Positions 1-8,991 of a stretch of 64,000 bases of DNA are shown one piece after another. The notes under the pieces were generated by a model, which was not told the origin of the DNA, did not search any database, and was given only the letters and a program-made list of their open reading frames with translations. The stretch's first letter is position 1. Each line of letters opens with the position of its first letter. The position numbers and the translations under genes are program-made. The DNA comes from an uncultured Acidobacteriota bacterium. Lineage in GTDB: Bacteria; Acidobacteriota; Thermoanaerobaculia; Multivoradales; SZUA-115. The DNA lies in the NCBI GenBank assembly GCA_963805975.1, contig CAWDVR010000002.1, forward strand, positions 1,024,001-1,088,000. Reading direction: 5' to 3'.

Positions 1-416
1 TCGATGCCGAAGCCCTGGACCCCGGTGGCGGTCTCCAGGAAGAGCTTCAGTCCCTTGGCCGTTCCTCGCCAGCGGGAGAGATAGGCGGCGGCAGCCGTGA
101 GCTCGCGCAGGCGCCCGATCTCGATCGTGTCGGTGAGCCGGCCGGAGCGATCCCTCTGCCGGCGGCCGGTGCCGGTGTGAGCCATGCCGGGGCGCTCCTC
201 GAGCAGGCGGTCGAGGTCCAGCCAGCGTGCGAGGAGCGGCACGAAGGCGTCCGGGGTGCGGCGCGGGTCGAAGATCTCGTCGAGCCCCGCGAGCCGGCTC
301 TCGGCCGGCTGGTGCAATGCCTCCATCGCCGCCAGCACGGCGGCGAGCGGGCTCGCGGGCTGCGCGCCGGCGCGGAAGACCGCCGGCAGCAGCCGTTCAA
401 TGGCCTCGGCTCTCAT
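1..416 (-). CDS. Phage tail protein I (P2 gpI-like baseplate wedge) of eCIS; truncated at window edge
   Basis: Hand translation from ATG 416: MRAEAIERLLPAVF...EIFDPRRTPDAFVPLLARWLD...RWRGTAKGLKLFLETATG. The FDP..TP..F...LA.W and RWRGT..GL motifs are typical of this family. It overlaps the end of baseplate-J. Confidence 0.8.
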   Translation of the reverse strand, partial: MRAEAIERLLPAVFRAGAQPASPLAAVLAAMEALHQPAESRLAGLDEIFDPRRTPDAFVPLLARWLDLDRLLEERPGMAHTGTGRRQRDRSGRLTDTIEIGRLRELTAAAAYLSRWRGTAKGLKLFLETATGVQGFGI

Positions 417-3003
417 CTTCGCTCACCACTTCGATCTCGTGTGCGCCGGGGCAGAAGAGCCAGGTCGCCGGCAGGGTCACCTTGTCCGTGAACTCGCGGC
501 TCGAGGCCGGCTCGTAGAGCGTACCGCCATTGCCGCTCCGCACCACGCCGACCGGCGTGCCCGCGAGCACCAGGCTGCCCCCGGGGAGCGCCGCCAGCGC
601 GCGCACCGGGTAGAAGCGCCCGCGGTCGCGCATCGGCAGGTTGGAGCCCACCTCCGGCGACCACCACTCGGCGTCGCTCTTCGAGCCGTCGAGCCGCAGC
701 ACGCCTGCCTGGTGGGTGGCGGCGAGCACCTGGCCGCCCTGGAAGGCCAGGGCATGGCAGCTCCCGCCCTTCCAGCCCTTGCCCTGGGGGCGCCAGGCCT
801 CCGCGGCCTCGGCCGAGCCGCGCAGCTCGCGCACGAAGCAGCCGCGGCCCGTCTCGCTGCCGCCCTCGGCCGCGAGGCCGGCCCACAGGAAGAGGCGGGG
901 CCCGTCCTCCTGCACGGCGAGCACGCGCACGTCCTCCCCATCGAGACCGATCTTCTGGAAGCTCTCCGCCCGGCCGCCCTGGGCCGAGAGGTAGACGCCT
1001 CCCGTCCGCTGCGCCGCCACCGCCACCTGCACGCCACCCCGCAGATCGGTGGCGGCGGCCACGGCGTAGAAGCCGAGGTCCGGCGAGCCCGGCGCCACCA
1101 GCACCTGGAGCGGGCTCGCTCCGGGCTTCTGCGCCAGCTCGTAGAGGCCCTTCTCGGTCGCCATCAACAGCATCGACACGCCTTCGCGCGTCACCCAGGC
1201 CAGGTCCTCCACCTGGAAGGCGAGGCGGGCGGCCGGCTGCCAGGTCTCGCCGCAGTCGAGCGACAGGTGGAGGCGCGTGCCGCCCTCGCCCTCGACGCGG
1301 GTCAGGACCGCGAGATGGCCGGGCCGTTCGGGGTGGGCGGCCACCTGCTCGACGGCCTCGCCCGCGAAGCGGCCGGCCGGCTCCCAGCCGTCGCCGTCGT
1401 TTCCCGAACGGTAGAGGAGAGAGCCGCAGCCGGCATACCAGGTCGAGCGCTGGAAGGAGTCGGCGGCGAGCGCGGTGACGTTGCCGGCGGGCACCTCGTC
1501 GACCAGCAGGCGCACCGAGTCCGCGTAGGCGACGCCGGGCTCGGCGAGGATCGCCTCGTAGACGTGCGAAGCGCGCAGCGCCTGGCCGAACGGCCAGCCC
1601 GGCGTGGCCCTCTCGCCGCCCCGCGGCAGCGGGCTCAGGGTGGCGTCGAGGCGCGCCAGGACCCGGTCGCGGACCGCGGCCGGGTTCTCCTGCCGGTAGA
1701 CCACCACGCGGCCCGCCACCTTGACGGTCTTGTAGCGCGCCCAGCTCACCAGGCAGGTGGTGGCGAGCGGGCGCCGCTCGTCGAGGGTGGCGAGGATCAC
1801 GGCGCGCACCTCCTCGCGCTCGAGCGCGGCGAGCCGCGCGGCATCGACCGCTCCTGCCGCCTCTCCTTCCCCCGTCTCCGGACCGCGCGGCAGCTCGGGC
1901 ACCAGCAGCACCTCGACCGTTCCCGGCTGCGCGTGCGCCCACAGCTCGGCCTTGGTGAACGCCTTGGCGCGCGCCACCCCGCCGGTCGCCGCCAGGGCCA
2001 GCAGCTCGAAGTCCCGCGCGGTCACCGCCCGCTCCAGGGTGTGGAGCTGCTGCGGGCCGCGCACCAGGGCGTTGTCCACGCTCTCGGCGTCGCGACCGCC
2101 GGCGGCGGGCCCGGCGTTGACCACCGTCAGGCCGGGGATCGGGTCCTTGAGCGCGGTCAGCGCGCCGGCCGCCACGTTGCCGACCCGGCCGCCGCCATGG
2201 CGGTACCAGAGGCGGATCTGGCAGTCGGCCGCCGGCACCTCGGCCAACGCCTCCGGCCGCTCGGAGAGCACGCCGTCGCCGCTCATCTGCCGCGCCGCCG
2301 GCGCGAAGGTGACCCGTCCGGAGACCCGGTCGGCGATGAACACGAAGCGGTCCGCGCCCAGGTTGGTGAAGCTCTCGACCTCGCGCCACACGCGGAAGGT
2401 GCGGCCCTCGAAGACCACCGCGGCGAGGCCGGCCTCGAGGTCTCCCCCCGGCTCCTCGATCCCCACCACCAGGTCGAGGCCGTCGCCGGTGGGCGCCACG
2501 ATGGGCAGCCGGCGGGCGGCCACGGTCTGGCCGGGAAGGCCGGTGCCGAGGCCCGCGAGCTCGCCGTCGACCAGCTCGCAGCCCAGCGCCATGACCGAGA
2601 CCGAGGTGGCGCCGGCAGCGATGGTCTCGGCGCGGACAGTGGTGAAGATGGGGCCGCCTCCCACGCCGCCGGCGCCGGCCGTCACCCGCGTGCCGCGCGG
2701 GATCTCGATCGCCTGCGGCGACGGCTTGGGCCGGCTGAAGGTGAGCTCGGCGACGGCGGGGGTCGGTGGCCGGAGCGTCACCCCCAACAACCGCAACAGC
2801 TCGACGTAGACCTTCTCCGGCACCCGGTTCAGCCGGTAGATCATGGTCTCGGTCAGAAAGGCGAAGAGCTCCAGCAGGACGGTGCCGGGGTCCGAGGCGG
2901 AGAGGTCGGTCCACTCGCGGCAGGTGGCGCCCGCGCGACGCCGGGCCAGCTCCACGAGCTGGGCGAAGGTGCGATCGTCGAGATTGGGGCTGGGCAGCGA
3001 CAT
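397..3003 (-). CDS. eCIS baseplate-J/gp6-like assembly protein with C-terminal beta-propeller (BNR/YCF48-like) domain
   Basis: N-terminal LPSPNLDDRTFAQL...WTDLSASDPG..LLELFAFL...YRLNRVP and ERAVTARDFE motifs. The C-terminal ~365 aa have Asp-box-like repeats (YRSGNDGDGW, HLSLDCGETW, YLSAQGG, RSGNGG). Confidence 0.85.
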   Translation of the reverse strand: MSLPSPNLDDRTFAQLVELARRRAGATCREWTDLSASDPGTVLLELFAFLTETMIYRLNRVPEKVYVELLRLLGVTLRPPTPAVAELTFSRPKPSPQAIEIPRGTRVTAGAGGVGGGPIFTTVRAETIAAGATSVSVMALGCELVDGELAGLGTGLPGQTVAARRLPIVAPTGDGLDLVVGIEEPGGDLEAGLAAVVFEGRTFRVWREVESFTNLGADRFVFIADRVSGRVTFAPAARQMSGDGVLSERPEALAEVPAADCQIRLWYRHGGGRVGNVAAGALTALKDPIPGLTVVNAGPAAGGRDAESVDNALVRGPQQLHTLERAVTARDFELLALAATGGVARAKAFTKAELWAHAQPGTVEVLLVPELPRGPETGEGEAAGAVDAARLAALEREEVRAVILATLDERRPLATTCLVSWARYKTVKVAGRVVVYRQENPAAVRDRVLARLDATLSPLPRGGERATPGWPFGQALRASHVYEAILAEPGVAYADSVRLLVDEVPAGNVTALAADSFQRSTWYAGCGSLLYRSGNDGDGWEPAGRFAGEAVEQVAAHPERPGHLAVLTRVEGEGGTRLHLSLDCGETWQPAARLAFQVEDLAWVTREGVSMLLMATEKGLYELAQKPGASPLQVLVAPGSPDLGFYAVAAATDLRGGVQVAVAAQRTGGVYLSAQGGRAESFQKIGLDGEDVRVLAVQEDGPRLFLWAGLAAEGGSETGRGCFVRELRGSAEAAEAWRPQGKGWKGGSCHALAFQGGQVLAATHQAGVLRLDGSKSDAEWWSPEVGSNLPMRDRGRFYPVRALAALPGGSLVLAGTPVGVVRSGNGGTLYEPASSREFTDKVTLPATWLFCPGAHEIEVVSEDESRGH

Positions 3004-3440
3004 CACGGCCTCTCTGCGTAGAGCATCAACGGATAGGTGAGCGTTCCCACGGCCAAGAGGCTCTTCACCCGGTACTCGAGCGTGATGTCGAGCCGGCCGG
3101 GATGCGAGGGGTTGGGGTCGGCGTCGAGGTGCAGGATCTCGACCCGCGGCTCCCAGCGCTCGACGGCGCGGCGCACGTAGTGGATGGCGAGGCCCGCGGT
3201 GGTGGCGTCGTTGGGGGCGAAGACCAGGCGGTGGAGCTCGCAGCCGTAGGTGGGCCGCATCACGCGCTCCCCCGGCACCGTCGACAGGAGGAGCAGCAGC
3301 GCCTGGCGCACGGCCGGCTCGCCCTCGACCATCTCGACGCCGCGCGGCCCGATGTCGAGCCCGCTCTCCTCGGCGGGGGACTCGAGGTCCGGCAGCAGGA
3401 AGCGCCAGGCGCGCCAGCGGGGCGAAGAGGTGAGCCTCAC
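3003..3440 (-). CDS. GPW/gp25-family baseplate (sheath initiator) protein
   Basis: VRQALLLLLSTVPGERVMRPTYGCELHRLVFAPND...VERWEPRVEI. GTG start overlaps the upstream stop (GTGA). Confidence 0.9.
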   Translation of the reverse strand: MRLTSSPRWRAWRFLLPDLESPAEESGLDIGPRGVEMVEGEPAVRQALLLLLSTVPGERVMRPTYGCELHRLVFAPNDATTAGLAIHYVRRAVERWEPRVEILHLDADPNPSHPGRLDITLEYRVKSLLAVGTLTYPLMLYAERP

Positions 3441-3778
3441 GGCGACTCCCCCACCAGCTCCTGGCCGGGATGGCGCACCTTGTACTCGACGATGCCGGGC
3501 GGCGTGCCGTCGGTGAGGCCGCGCACCGTGTCCAGACAGATGCGCTTGCCCTCGATGCGCAGCAGGTCCGAGTAGCCCTCTTTCACCGGCAGCGTGGTGG
3601 TGCAGGGCTTGATCGCGATGCCGATGTTGGGGCAGCCGACGATCGGCCGGCCCTCGGGGTTGACCGACACCAGCACGCGGCGGCGCTCGACCGTCACCAG
3701 CTCCTGCGTAGGCTCGATCTGGATCACCCCCTGCTCGTGGGTGCAGACCAGCCGCGCGTCCTCGGTCAGCCAGCGCAT
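3437..3778 (-). CDS. PAAR-like/DUF4280-like spike tip protein
   Basis: 113 aa with LVCTH, GCP and KPC metal-binding-type motifs; lies between the spike and gp25 genes. Confidence 0.7.
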   Translation of the reverse strand: MRWLTEDARLVCTHEQGVIQIEPTQELVTVERRRVLVSVNPEGRPIVGCPNIGIAIKPCTTTLPVKEGYSDLLRIEGKRICLDTVRGLTDGTPPGIVEYKVRHPGQELVGESP

Positions 3779-3781
3779 CGC

Positions 3782-5296
3782 TCAAGCCCGCTCGAAGTCG
3801 ATCGAGGCGCCGCGCACCACGATCGGCTGGCCCGGCGCCTCGAGGGTCAAGGGCGTCGCGGCGTGGAGGGTCAGCTTCTCGGGCCCCAGCTCGAGGAAGC
3901 TGCCGTTGGTGGTCTGGACCTTGACGCTCCGCGCCGCGTCGTCGAGGGAGAAGCGATGGCCGCCGGGAGTGCGCAGGACGAAGCGCCGCACGGCGCCCTC
4001 CTCCACCGCCGCCTCGGGCAGCCCCTGGGAGCCGTAGAGCCCGCCCACCACCACGCCGCGGGCGGGGTCGCCGTGGGTGAAGATCACCAGCACGCGGTCC
4101 CCCACCTCGGGGAGGGCCAGCAGACCCTTGCCGGCGCCGGCCGCCAGGCAGACGACGTTGATCCACTCGGTCTCGAGCTCGCCGTAGACCGGCAGCGAGA
4201 CCTTGACGCGGCCCCAGCCCTCGGGGTCGTCCACCCGCGTCACCACCGCCCAGGCGGCGACCCCCTCGCGCCGCCGTGGCGGCGGCAGGGGTGGGACGGT
4301 GGTGATCTCCGAGACGTAGCCGGCCTCGGCGTCGATGCGGTGCTCCACCCCGGTCAGCACGTAGCGGCCGGTGAAGGGTGCCGCCACGCCCGCCACCGTG
4401 ACCCGCGTGCCGGGCCGCAGCGCCGGGTTCCCCTCGGCGACGCCGGTGAGCACCACCTCCGCCGCGCTCAGGCGGTCGAGCTCGGCCTGCGCCAGGCCCT
4501 CGGCCTCGGCAGCGGACGTGGCGCGGCCGTCGGTCAGGCTGCGCTCGCCGCTCCCGCCGAGCGCGGCGGGCGGCGCCTCGGCCGCCACCGCGCGGCCCAC
4601 GCGCGGCGAGCGCGCCTCGCCCACCGCCGCCTCGGCCCGCCAGGGGTCCCAGCCCGCCGCCTTGACCGTGCGGCAGCAGGGGTCGCCGTTGGCCTCGAGG
4701 CGCGCTTCGAGGAGCGTCCGGCCCAGCTCCAGCGCCACGCTCTCGCCGATGCCCTCCAACGTCAGGAGGTGGAGCGCCCCGTCGCGCAGCACCGGGTAGA
4801 GGCCCGCCGCCGCCGTCTCCTCCACCAGCAGCTCGAGGTCCGACTGGCCGTGCTGCAGCACCCGCTCCTTCGCCGGGCCGTCTGCCGCGGCCTCGACCGC
4901 GAGGCCGAGGTCCGCCACCAGCTCGCGGGCCAGCTCCGCCGCGGTGGAGCGCACGTGGGCGCGCAGCGGCTGGCGCTTGCGGAGGCGATGCAGCAGGTCG
5001 TAGCCGCGCACCGAGAGCTCCACCCCGCGGTCGCCGCCGTAGGCCAGCTCCACCGCCGTCACCTCGCCATCGAAGAGCGGCGGCGCGACACCCGCGAGCG
5101 CCAGCCGCAGCCGAGATCCCGGCTTCACCGGCAGCTCGGCACCGGGCTCGGCGTCGAAGAACACCAGCTCGGCCTGCGCCGGCAAACCCAGCTTCTGCGC
5201 CACCCGCGCCTCGCCCAGGGCGCGGGCCAGCGGCTCGGCGAGCGGCGCGCCATCCACCTCGACGACCAGCGGCGGCAGGGCGCGCACCGGCCTCAC
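3782..5296 (-). CDS. VgrG-like spike (gp27 hub plus gp5/gpV OB fold)
   Basis: QHGQSDLELL, GNPALRPG, VDDPEGWGRVKV, LPEVGDRVLV.F.HGD and LRTPGGH motifs; GTG start at 5296. Confidence 0.88.
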   Translation of the reverse strand: MRPVRALPPLVVEVDGAPLAEPLARALGEARVAQKLGLPAQAELVFFDAEPGAELPVKPGSRLRLALAGVAPPLFDGEVTAVELAYGGDRGVELSVRGYDLLHRLRKRQPLRAHVRSTAAELARELVADLGLAVEAAADGPAKERVLQHGQSDLELLVEETAAAGLYPVLRDGALHLLTLEGIGESVALELGRTLLEARLEANGDPCCRTVKAAGWDPWRAEAAVGEARSPRVGRAVAAEAPPAALGGSGERSLTDGRATSAAEAEGLAQAELDRLSAAEVVLTGVAEGNPALRPGTRVTVAGVAAPFTGRYVLTGVEHRIDAEAGYVSEITTVPPLPPPRRREGVAAWAVVTRVDDPEGWGRVKVSLPVYGELETEWINVVCLAAGAGKGLLALPEVGDRVLVIFTHGDPARGVVVGGLYGSQGLPEAAVEEGAVRRFVLRTPGGHRFSLDDAARSVKVQTTNGSFLELGPEKLTLHAATPLTLEAPGQPIVVRGASIDFERA

Positions 5297-6054
5297 GAGC
5301 CGCTCCCGAGCCCGAGGCGAGAGGGCACTTCGAGCAGCCGGTGGGAGGCGAGGCGGAGCGGATCGGTCACCCGGTTGGCGATCGCCAGCAGGCGCCACCA
5401 GGCGGCGTCGCCGAAGAAGCGCTCGGCGAGCTGATCCAGCCGCTCGCCGGGGTCGTCCCCTGCTTCACCGATCACGTAGTGGAGGCGTGTCTCGGGGGCG
5501 GCGCCCACCGGGGCTCCCGCCTGGGTGCCCGCTGCGACCGCGGCCTCGGCAGCGGCCAGCACTTCCGGCGGTGGCGGGGGGGCCGGTGCGGGGGGGCGGT
5601 CCTCCACCCGCAGCAGGCGCAGCCGCAGCCAGGAGCGGCCGGGTGCGCCGCTCCCCGAGAAGCGTTCCAGCCGCTCGGCGACCGCCGCCACCACCCCCGG
5701 CACGTTCCACGCCTTGCCCCACACGAAGCGCACCTGCGGCGGACGGCCGTAGCCCTCGCCGTCGGTCGCGTTCTCCGCCAGCTCGACCAGCGGCCGGGTG
5801 AGCTGCCGGACGTCGTCGGTGGCGATCGAGGAGCCGGCGAGCGCGACGTCGAACAGCAGGTCGAGCGAGAGCTGGGTCCGGCCGCCGCCGGTGTAGAGCA
5901 GCGCGTCGTCGCCCATCCCGGCACCGGTCAGCCGGCCGACGGTGGAGCTCCGCGGGCGCACCCCGGCCTGGCGCTCGAGCACCAGGCTCTCCGGGTTGAG
6001 CAGGCAGGTGAGCCGCTCGCCGCTGCCTTCGAGGAGGAAGGCTACGCGCTCCAC
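5293..6054 (-). CDS. CIS tube-initiator protein with LysM-like C-terminus
   Basis: LLNPESL, PPQVRFVWG, ERLERFSGSGAPGR; C-terminal GERLDQLAERFFGDAAWWRLLAIANRVTDP. Confidence 0.85.
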   Translation of the reverse strand: MERVAFLLEGSGERLTCLLNPESLVLERQAGVRPRSSTVGRLTGAGMGDDALLYTGGGRTQLSLDLLFDVALAGSSIATDDVRQLTRPLVELAENATDGEGYGRPPQVRFVWGKAWNVPGVVAAVAERLERFSGSGAPGRSWLRLRLLRVEDRPPAPAPPPPPEVLAAAEAAVAAGTQAGAPVGAAPETRLHYVIGEAGDDPGERLDQLAERFFGDAAWWRLLAIANRVTDPLRLASHRLLEVPSRLGLGSGS

Positions 6055-7249
6055 GGCAGGCCTCTCTGCTCGTGCTCGAGCCGGCGGCGGTGCTCCAGGC
6101 GGCGGGCTTCGAGGCGCAGGTTGACGGCCTCCGCCTCGGGCGCGGTGGGCAGAGAGGGCCAGAGCCCCTCACCCCAGCCCTCTCCCCCCTGCGGGGGGCG
6201 AGGGGGCCAGAGAGAGACCGTGGACTCCACCAGTGGCGCGCGCTCGAGCGTGGCGATGGGAAACGACGACTCTTGATCGGGCGACACCACCTCCTCCACC
6301 CCTGCACCCTCTGGCCCCCTCTCCCCGCGACGCGGGGAGAGGGTAGGGGTGAGGGGCGCTGCCGCCAGCGACTGTGCCCGAACCTCCTCACCCCGGCCCT
6401 CTTCCCCCCGCAGGGGGCGAGGGAGCCGGAATGGGAGGGGAGGCTCGGCACTGCGCCTCGCGCCGGCGGCCCGAATCGCCGAGGCCAGTTGGAAGCTCGG
6501 CAGAAGCCGCCTCGAGCCTCGGCGTCCTCCGTCCGCCTCACCCCGCGTGGCGGAGAAAGGGATGGGCTGAGGGGTGCCGCCTCACGCGGCTGCGCCCGCA
6601 ACCCCTCTCCCCGGCCTTCTCCTCCCTCCGCGGGGCGAGGGAGGCAGAGCGGGAGAGGTAGCTCCACCGTGGCCTCGCGCTCGAATGTCCTGGCGCGCCG
6701 AGGGAAGTCCTGGTTTCTGGAAGGCTCTTCTCTGGCCTCGACGCCCTGGGGCCGCTTCGCCCGAATCTCTCTACCCCAGCCCTCTTCCTCTTGCGGGGAC
6801 CGAGAGGGACGGAGCGGGAACGGAGCCTCCGCCTCGCTCTCAGACTGCACGGACCGCCGAGGGAGGTCGTGGTACCGGGAGAGCGGCGGGGAAGGGACTG
6901 GAGCGAGGGGCGGTGCCGCGGCCGCTCGCGCCCGAACCCCCTCACCCCGGTTCTCTCTCTGCGGCGGGCGAGGGGGCCGGAGGGGAAGCGGAGAGGAGAT
7001 GGGCGTCCGCGGTCGCGCGGTCGAGACCTGGCCGCCAGGAGACAGACCGTCCCGCCCCGGGACGAGGTCCGGCCGCGCGCGGCGCACGTCTTCCAGCCAG
7101 TGCGACGGCGGCCCACCGTGGGGCGGCGCGACGGTGGGCCGTTCTTCGGCGCCGCGCTCCGCGGCCTGGGGGCGCGCCTCTCCCTCGAGAGCGCGCGCCC
7201 AGCGGGCGAACAGGCGTGCGAGCCAGCGCCGGCGGGACCTGGCTGCCAT
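6042..7249 (-). CDS. Pro/Arg-rich eCIS hypothetical protein containing palindrome-derived repeats (one frameshift near 6450-6540)
   Basis: The N-terminus (MAARSRRRWLARLF...HWLEDVRR) is in ORF 5465..7249 and the C-terminus (..RRLEHEQRGLPWSA*) is in the 6042 frame. The repeated peptide stays in register only if the frames are joined. Confidence 0.6.
6165..6980. repeat. Cluster of about 8 degenerate REP-like palindromic units (CCCCTCACCCC.GCCCTCTCCCC...GGGG.GAGGG), in both orientations
   Basis: Forward copies near 6165, 6383, 6601, 6767 and 6937; inverted copies near 6316, 6536 and 6877, e.g. ccctctccccgcgacgcggggagagggtaggggtgagggg. Confidence 0.75.
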
Positions 7250-7255
7250 CTCGTC

Positions 7256-7741
7256 CTACCCGCGTTCCAGGTAGTTGAAGGTCAGCTCCATCTCCTCGAT
7301 GGCGGCCTTGTTGCCGAGCGCGTCGAGCGGCGTGCCGCGCCACGCGCAGGGCCAGGCCTCGTACAGGTTCCAGCGCGTCACCTCCTGGTCGCTGCCCTCG
7401 GTGTCGAGCAGCAGGATGGAGACGTTCTTGCGCTCGACCTTGCCCGCGGCGACCTCCATGAACCAGTCCCACAGCAGGCGCGAGGTGGTCATGCCCCAAC
7501 GCAGCGTCAGGTTGTCGTAGACGATCTTGCCCGGCAGGCGGTGGACGACGCGCCCGGCCCCGCCTTCGCGGAACTGGATCGCTTCGACGCGCGCGCCGAG
7601 CCCGGAGCACTCGGTGAAGTAACCCTCCACCTGGCCCTGGAACTCGAGGCGGAAGTTGTACGCGCGCCACGGGTCGACGTAGGTTCCCGGCTGCGCCGGG
7701 GACGGTTGACTCGCGGGCGGCTGAGCAGCGGCTTCCGGCAT
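7256..7741 (-). CDS. T4 gp19-like tail tube protein
   Basis: DPWRAYNFRLE...FTECSGL...FREGG...LPGKIVYDNLTLRWG...RWNLYEAWP. Confidence 0.92.
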   Translation of the reverse strand: MPEAAAQPPASQPSPAQPGTYVDPWRAYNFRLEFQGQVEGYFTECSGLGARVEAIQFREGGAGRVVHRLPGKIVYDNLTLRWGMTTSRLLWDWFMEVAAGKVERKNVSILLLDTEGSDQEVTRWNLYEAWPCAWRGTPLDALGNKAAIEEMELTFNYLERG

Positions 7742-7744
7742 GGC

Positions 7745-8989
7745 TTACCCTCCTTCGCTTTCGATCGCGGCGCCGGCGGCGGTTTGACCGATCTGGAAAA
7801 TGACGAACTCGGCGGGCTTGACCGGGGCGAGGCCGATGCGCGTCACCACGCGCCCCTGGTCGATGGACTCGGGCGGATTGGTCTCTTCGTTGCACATCAC
7901 GAAGAAGGCCTGCTCGGGGCTCGAGCCCATCAGGGCACCGTCGCGCCAGAGCTGCAGCAGGAAGGCCCGCACGTCGCGCTCGATGCTCTTCCACAGCGAG
8001 CGGTCGTTGGGTTCGAACACCACCCAGCGGGTGCTCTTGGCGATCGACTCCTCCACCATGTTGAACAGGCGCCGCACGTTGAGATACCGCCACTCGCTCG
8101 ACGGGTCGGCCAGCGTGCGCGCACCCCAGACGCGGAAGCCCTCGCGCTGGAAGAAGCGCAGGCAGTTGACGCCGTTGTCGTTCAGCGCGCCCTGCTCGGC
8201 GTTGGTCAGCCGATAGGTGAGGTTGAGCGCGCCGTTGATCACCTCGTTGGCCGGCGCCTTGTGCACGCCGCGGTTGCCGTCCACCCGCGCGTAGATGCCG
8301 GCCAGATGGCCCGAGGGCGGGCAGTTGACCAGCCGCGTCGGGGCGAGCGGGTCCGCGACCGTGATCCACGGGAAGTAGAAGGCGCCGAAACCGCGGTCCG
8401 ACTGCCGGGGCCTGAGGCCCGCGGCGGGCGGCGCGGGTGCGGGCTCCGCAACGCCTTCCTCCGCACCTTCACGGCGCGTGCGCCGTGAAGTGGGGGCTGC
8501 CGGCGCCGCGCCCACCTCTTTCAGGCGGTCGATGTTCTCCACCTCCTCGGGCGCGTCGAGCACCGCCACGCGGTCCTCCATGCGCTCGCAGTGGGTGAGC
8601 ACCGCGTCGTAGGAAGCGGTGTCCGAGTAGCCCGGCGCGGCGACGATCGCCACCTCGTCGATCGCCTCGAGCAGGTCGAGCCCTTTCTTCTTGTTGCCGC
8701 TGCCGGTGAGCGCGCCGCCTTCGCCGACGTTGACCACGTAGCACCTTTGGCCGCCGTTCAAAAAGAAGCCGAAGACCGCGTGCGCGAGCGGCGTGGCCTC
8801 CGTGGCATCGCCGCAGAACTCGCGGCGGAACTGCTCGCGGTTGTTGATCGCGACCGCCTCGTCGAGATGCGCGCCGGAGAGCGGCGGCACCCCCACGAAG
8901 GCGGCCGTCGAGGTGCCTACGGCCTGGATCGGGCGCGCGCCGCTCGACACCTCCTGGATGTAGACGCCCGGGGTCGAGTAATTGGGCAT
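7745..8989 (-). CDS. Contractile tail sheath protein
   Basis: MPNYSTPGVYIQEV..GARPI, GVHKAPANE, RVWGARTL, WRYLNVRRLF, VFEPND, APVKPAEFVIF. Confidence 0.95.
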   Translation of the reverse strand: MPNYSTPGVYIQEVSSGARPIQAVGTSTAAFVGVPPLSGAHLDEAVAINNREQFRREFCGDATEATPLAHAVFGFFLNGGQRCYVVNVGEGGALTGSGNKKKGLDLLEAIDEVAIVAAPGYSDTASYDAVLTHCERMEDRVAVLDAPEEVENIDRLKEVGAAPAAPTSRRTRREGAEEGVAEPAPAPPAAGLRPRQSDRGFGAFYFPWITVADPLAPTRLVNCPPSGHLAGIYARVDGNRGVHKAPANEVINGALNLTYRLTNAEQGALNDNGVNCLRFFQREGFRVWGARTLADPSSEWRYLNVRRLFNMVEESIAKSTRWVVFEPNDRSLWKSIERDVRAFLLQLWRDGALMGSSPEQAFFVMCNEETNPPESIDQGRVVTRIGLAPVKPAEFVIFQIGQTAAGAAIESEGG

Positions 8990-8991
8990 TG

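Noticed and set aside
184-3021. Long plus-strand ORFs (e.g. 184..3021, 3470..5434, 44397..47618, 59762..62221)
   Set aside because: Antisense shadows of recognisable genes; long stop-free frames are expected at this GC content.
6165-6980. CRISPR array
   Set aside because: Units are degenerate, occur in both orientations, are irregularly spaced and lie in a CDS; no cas genes.
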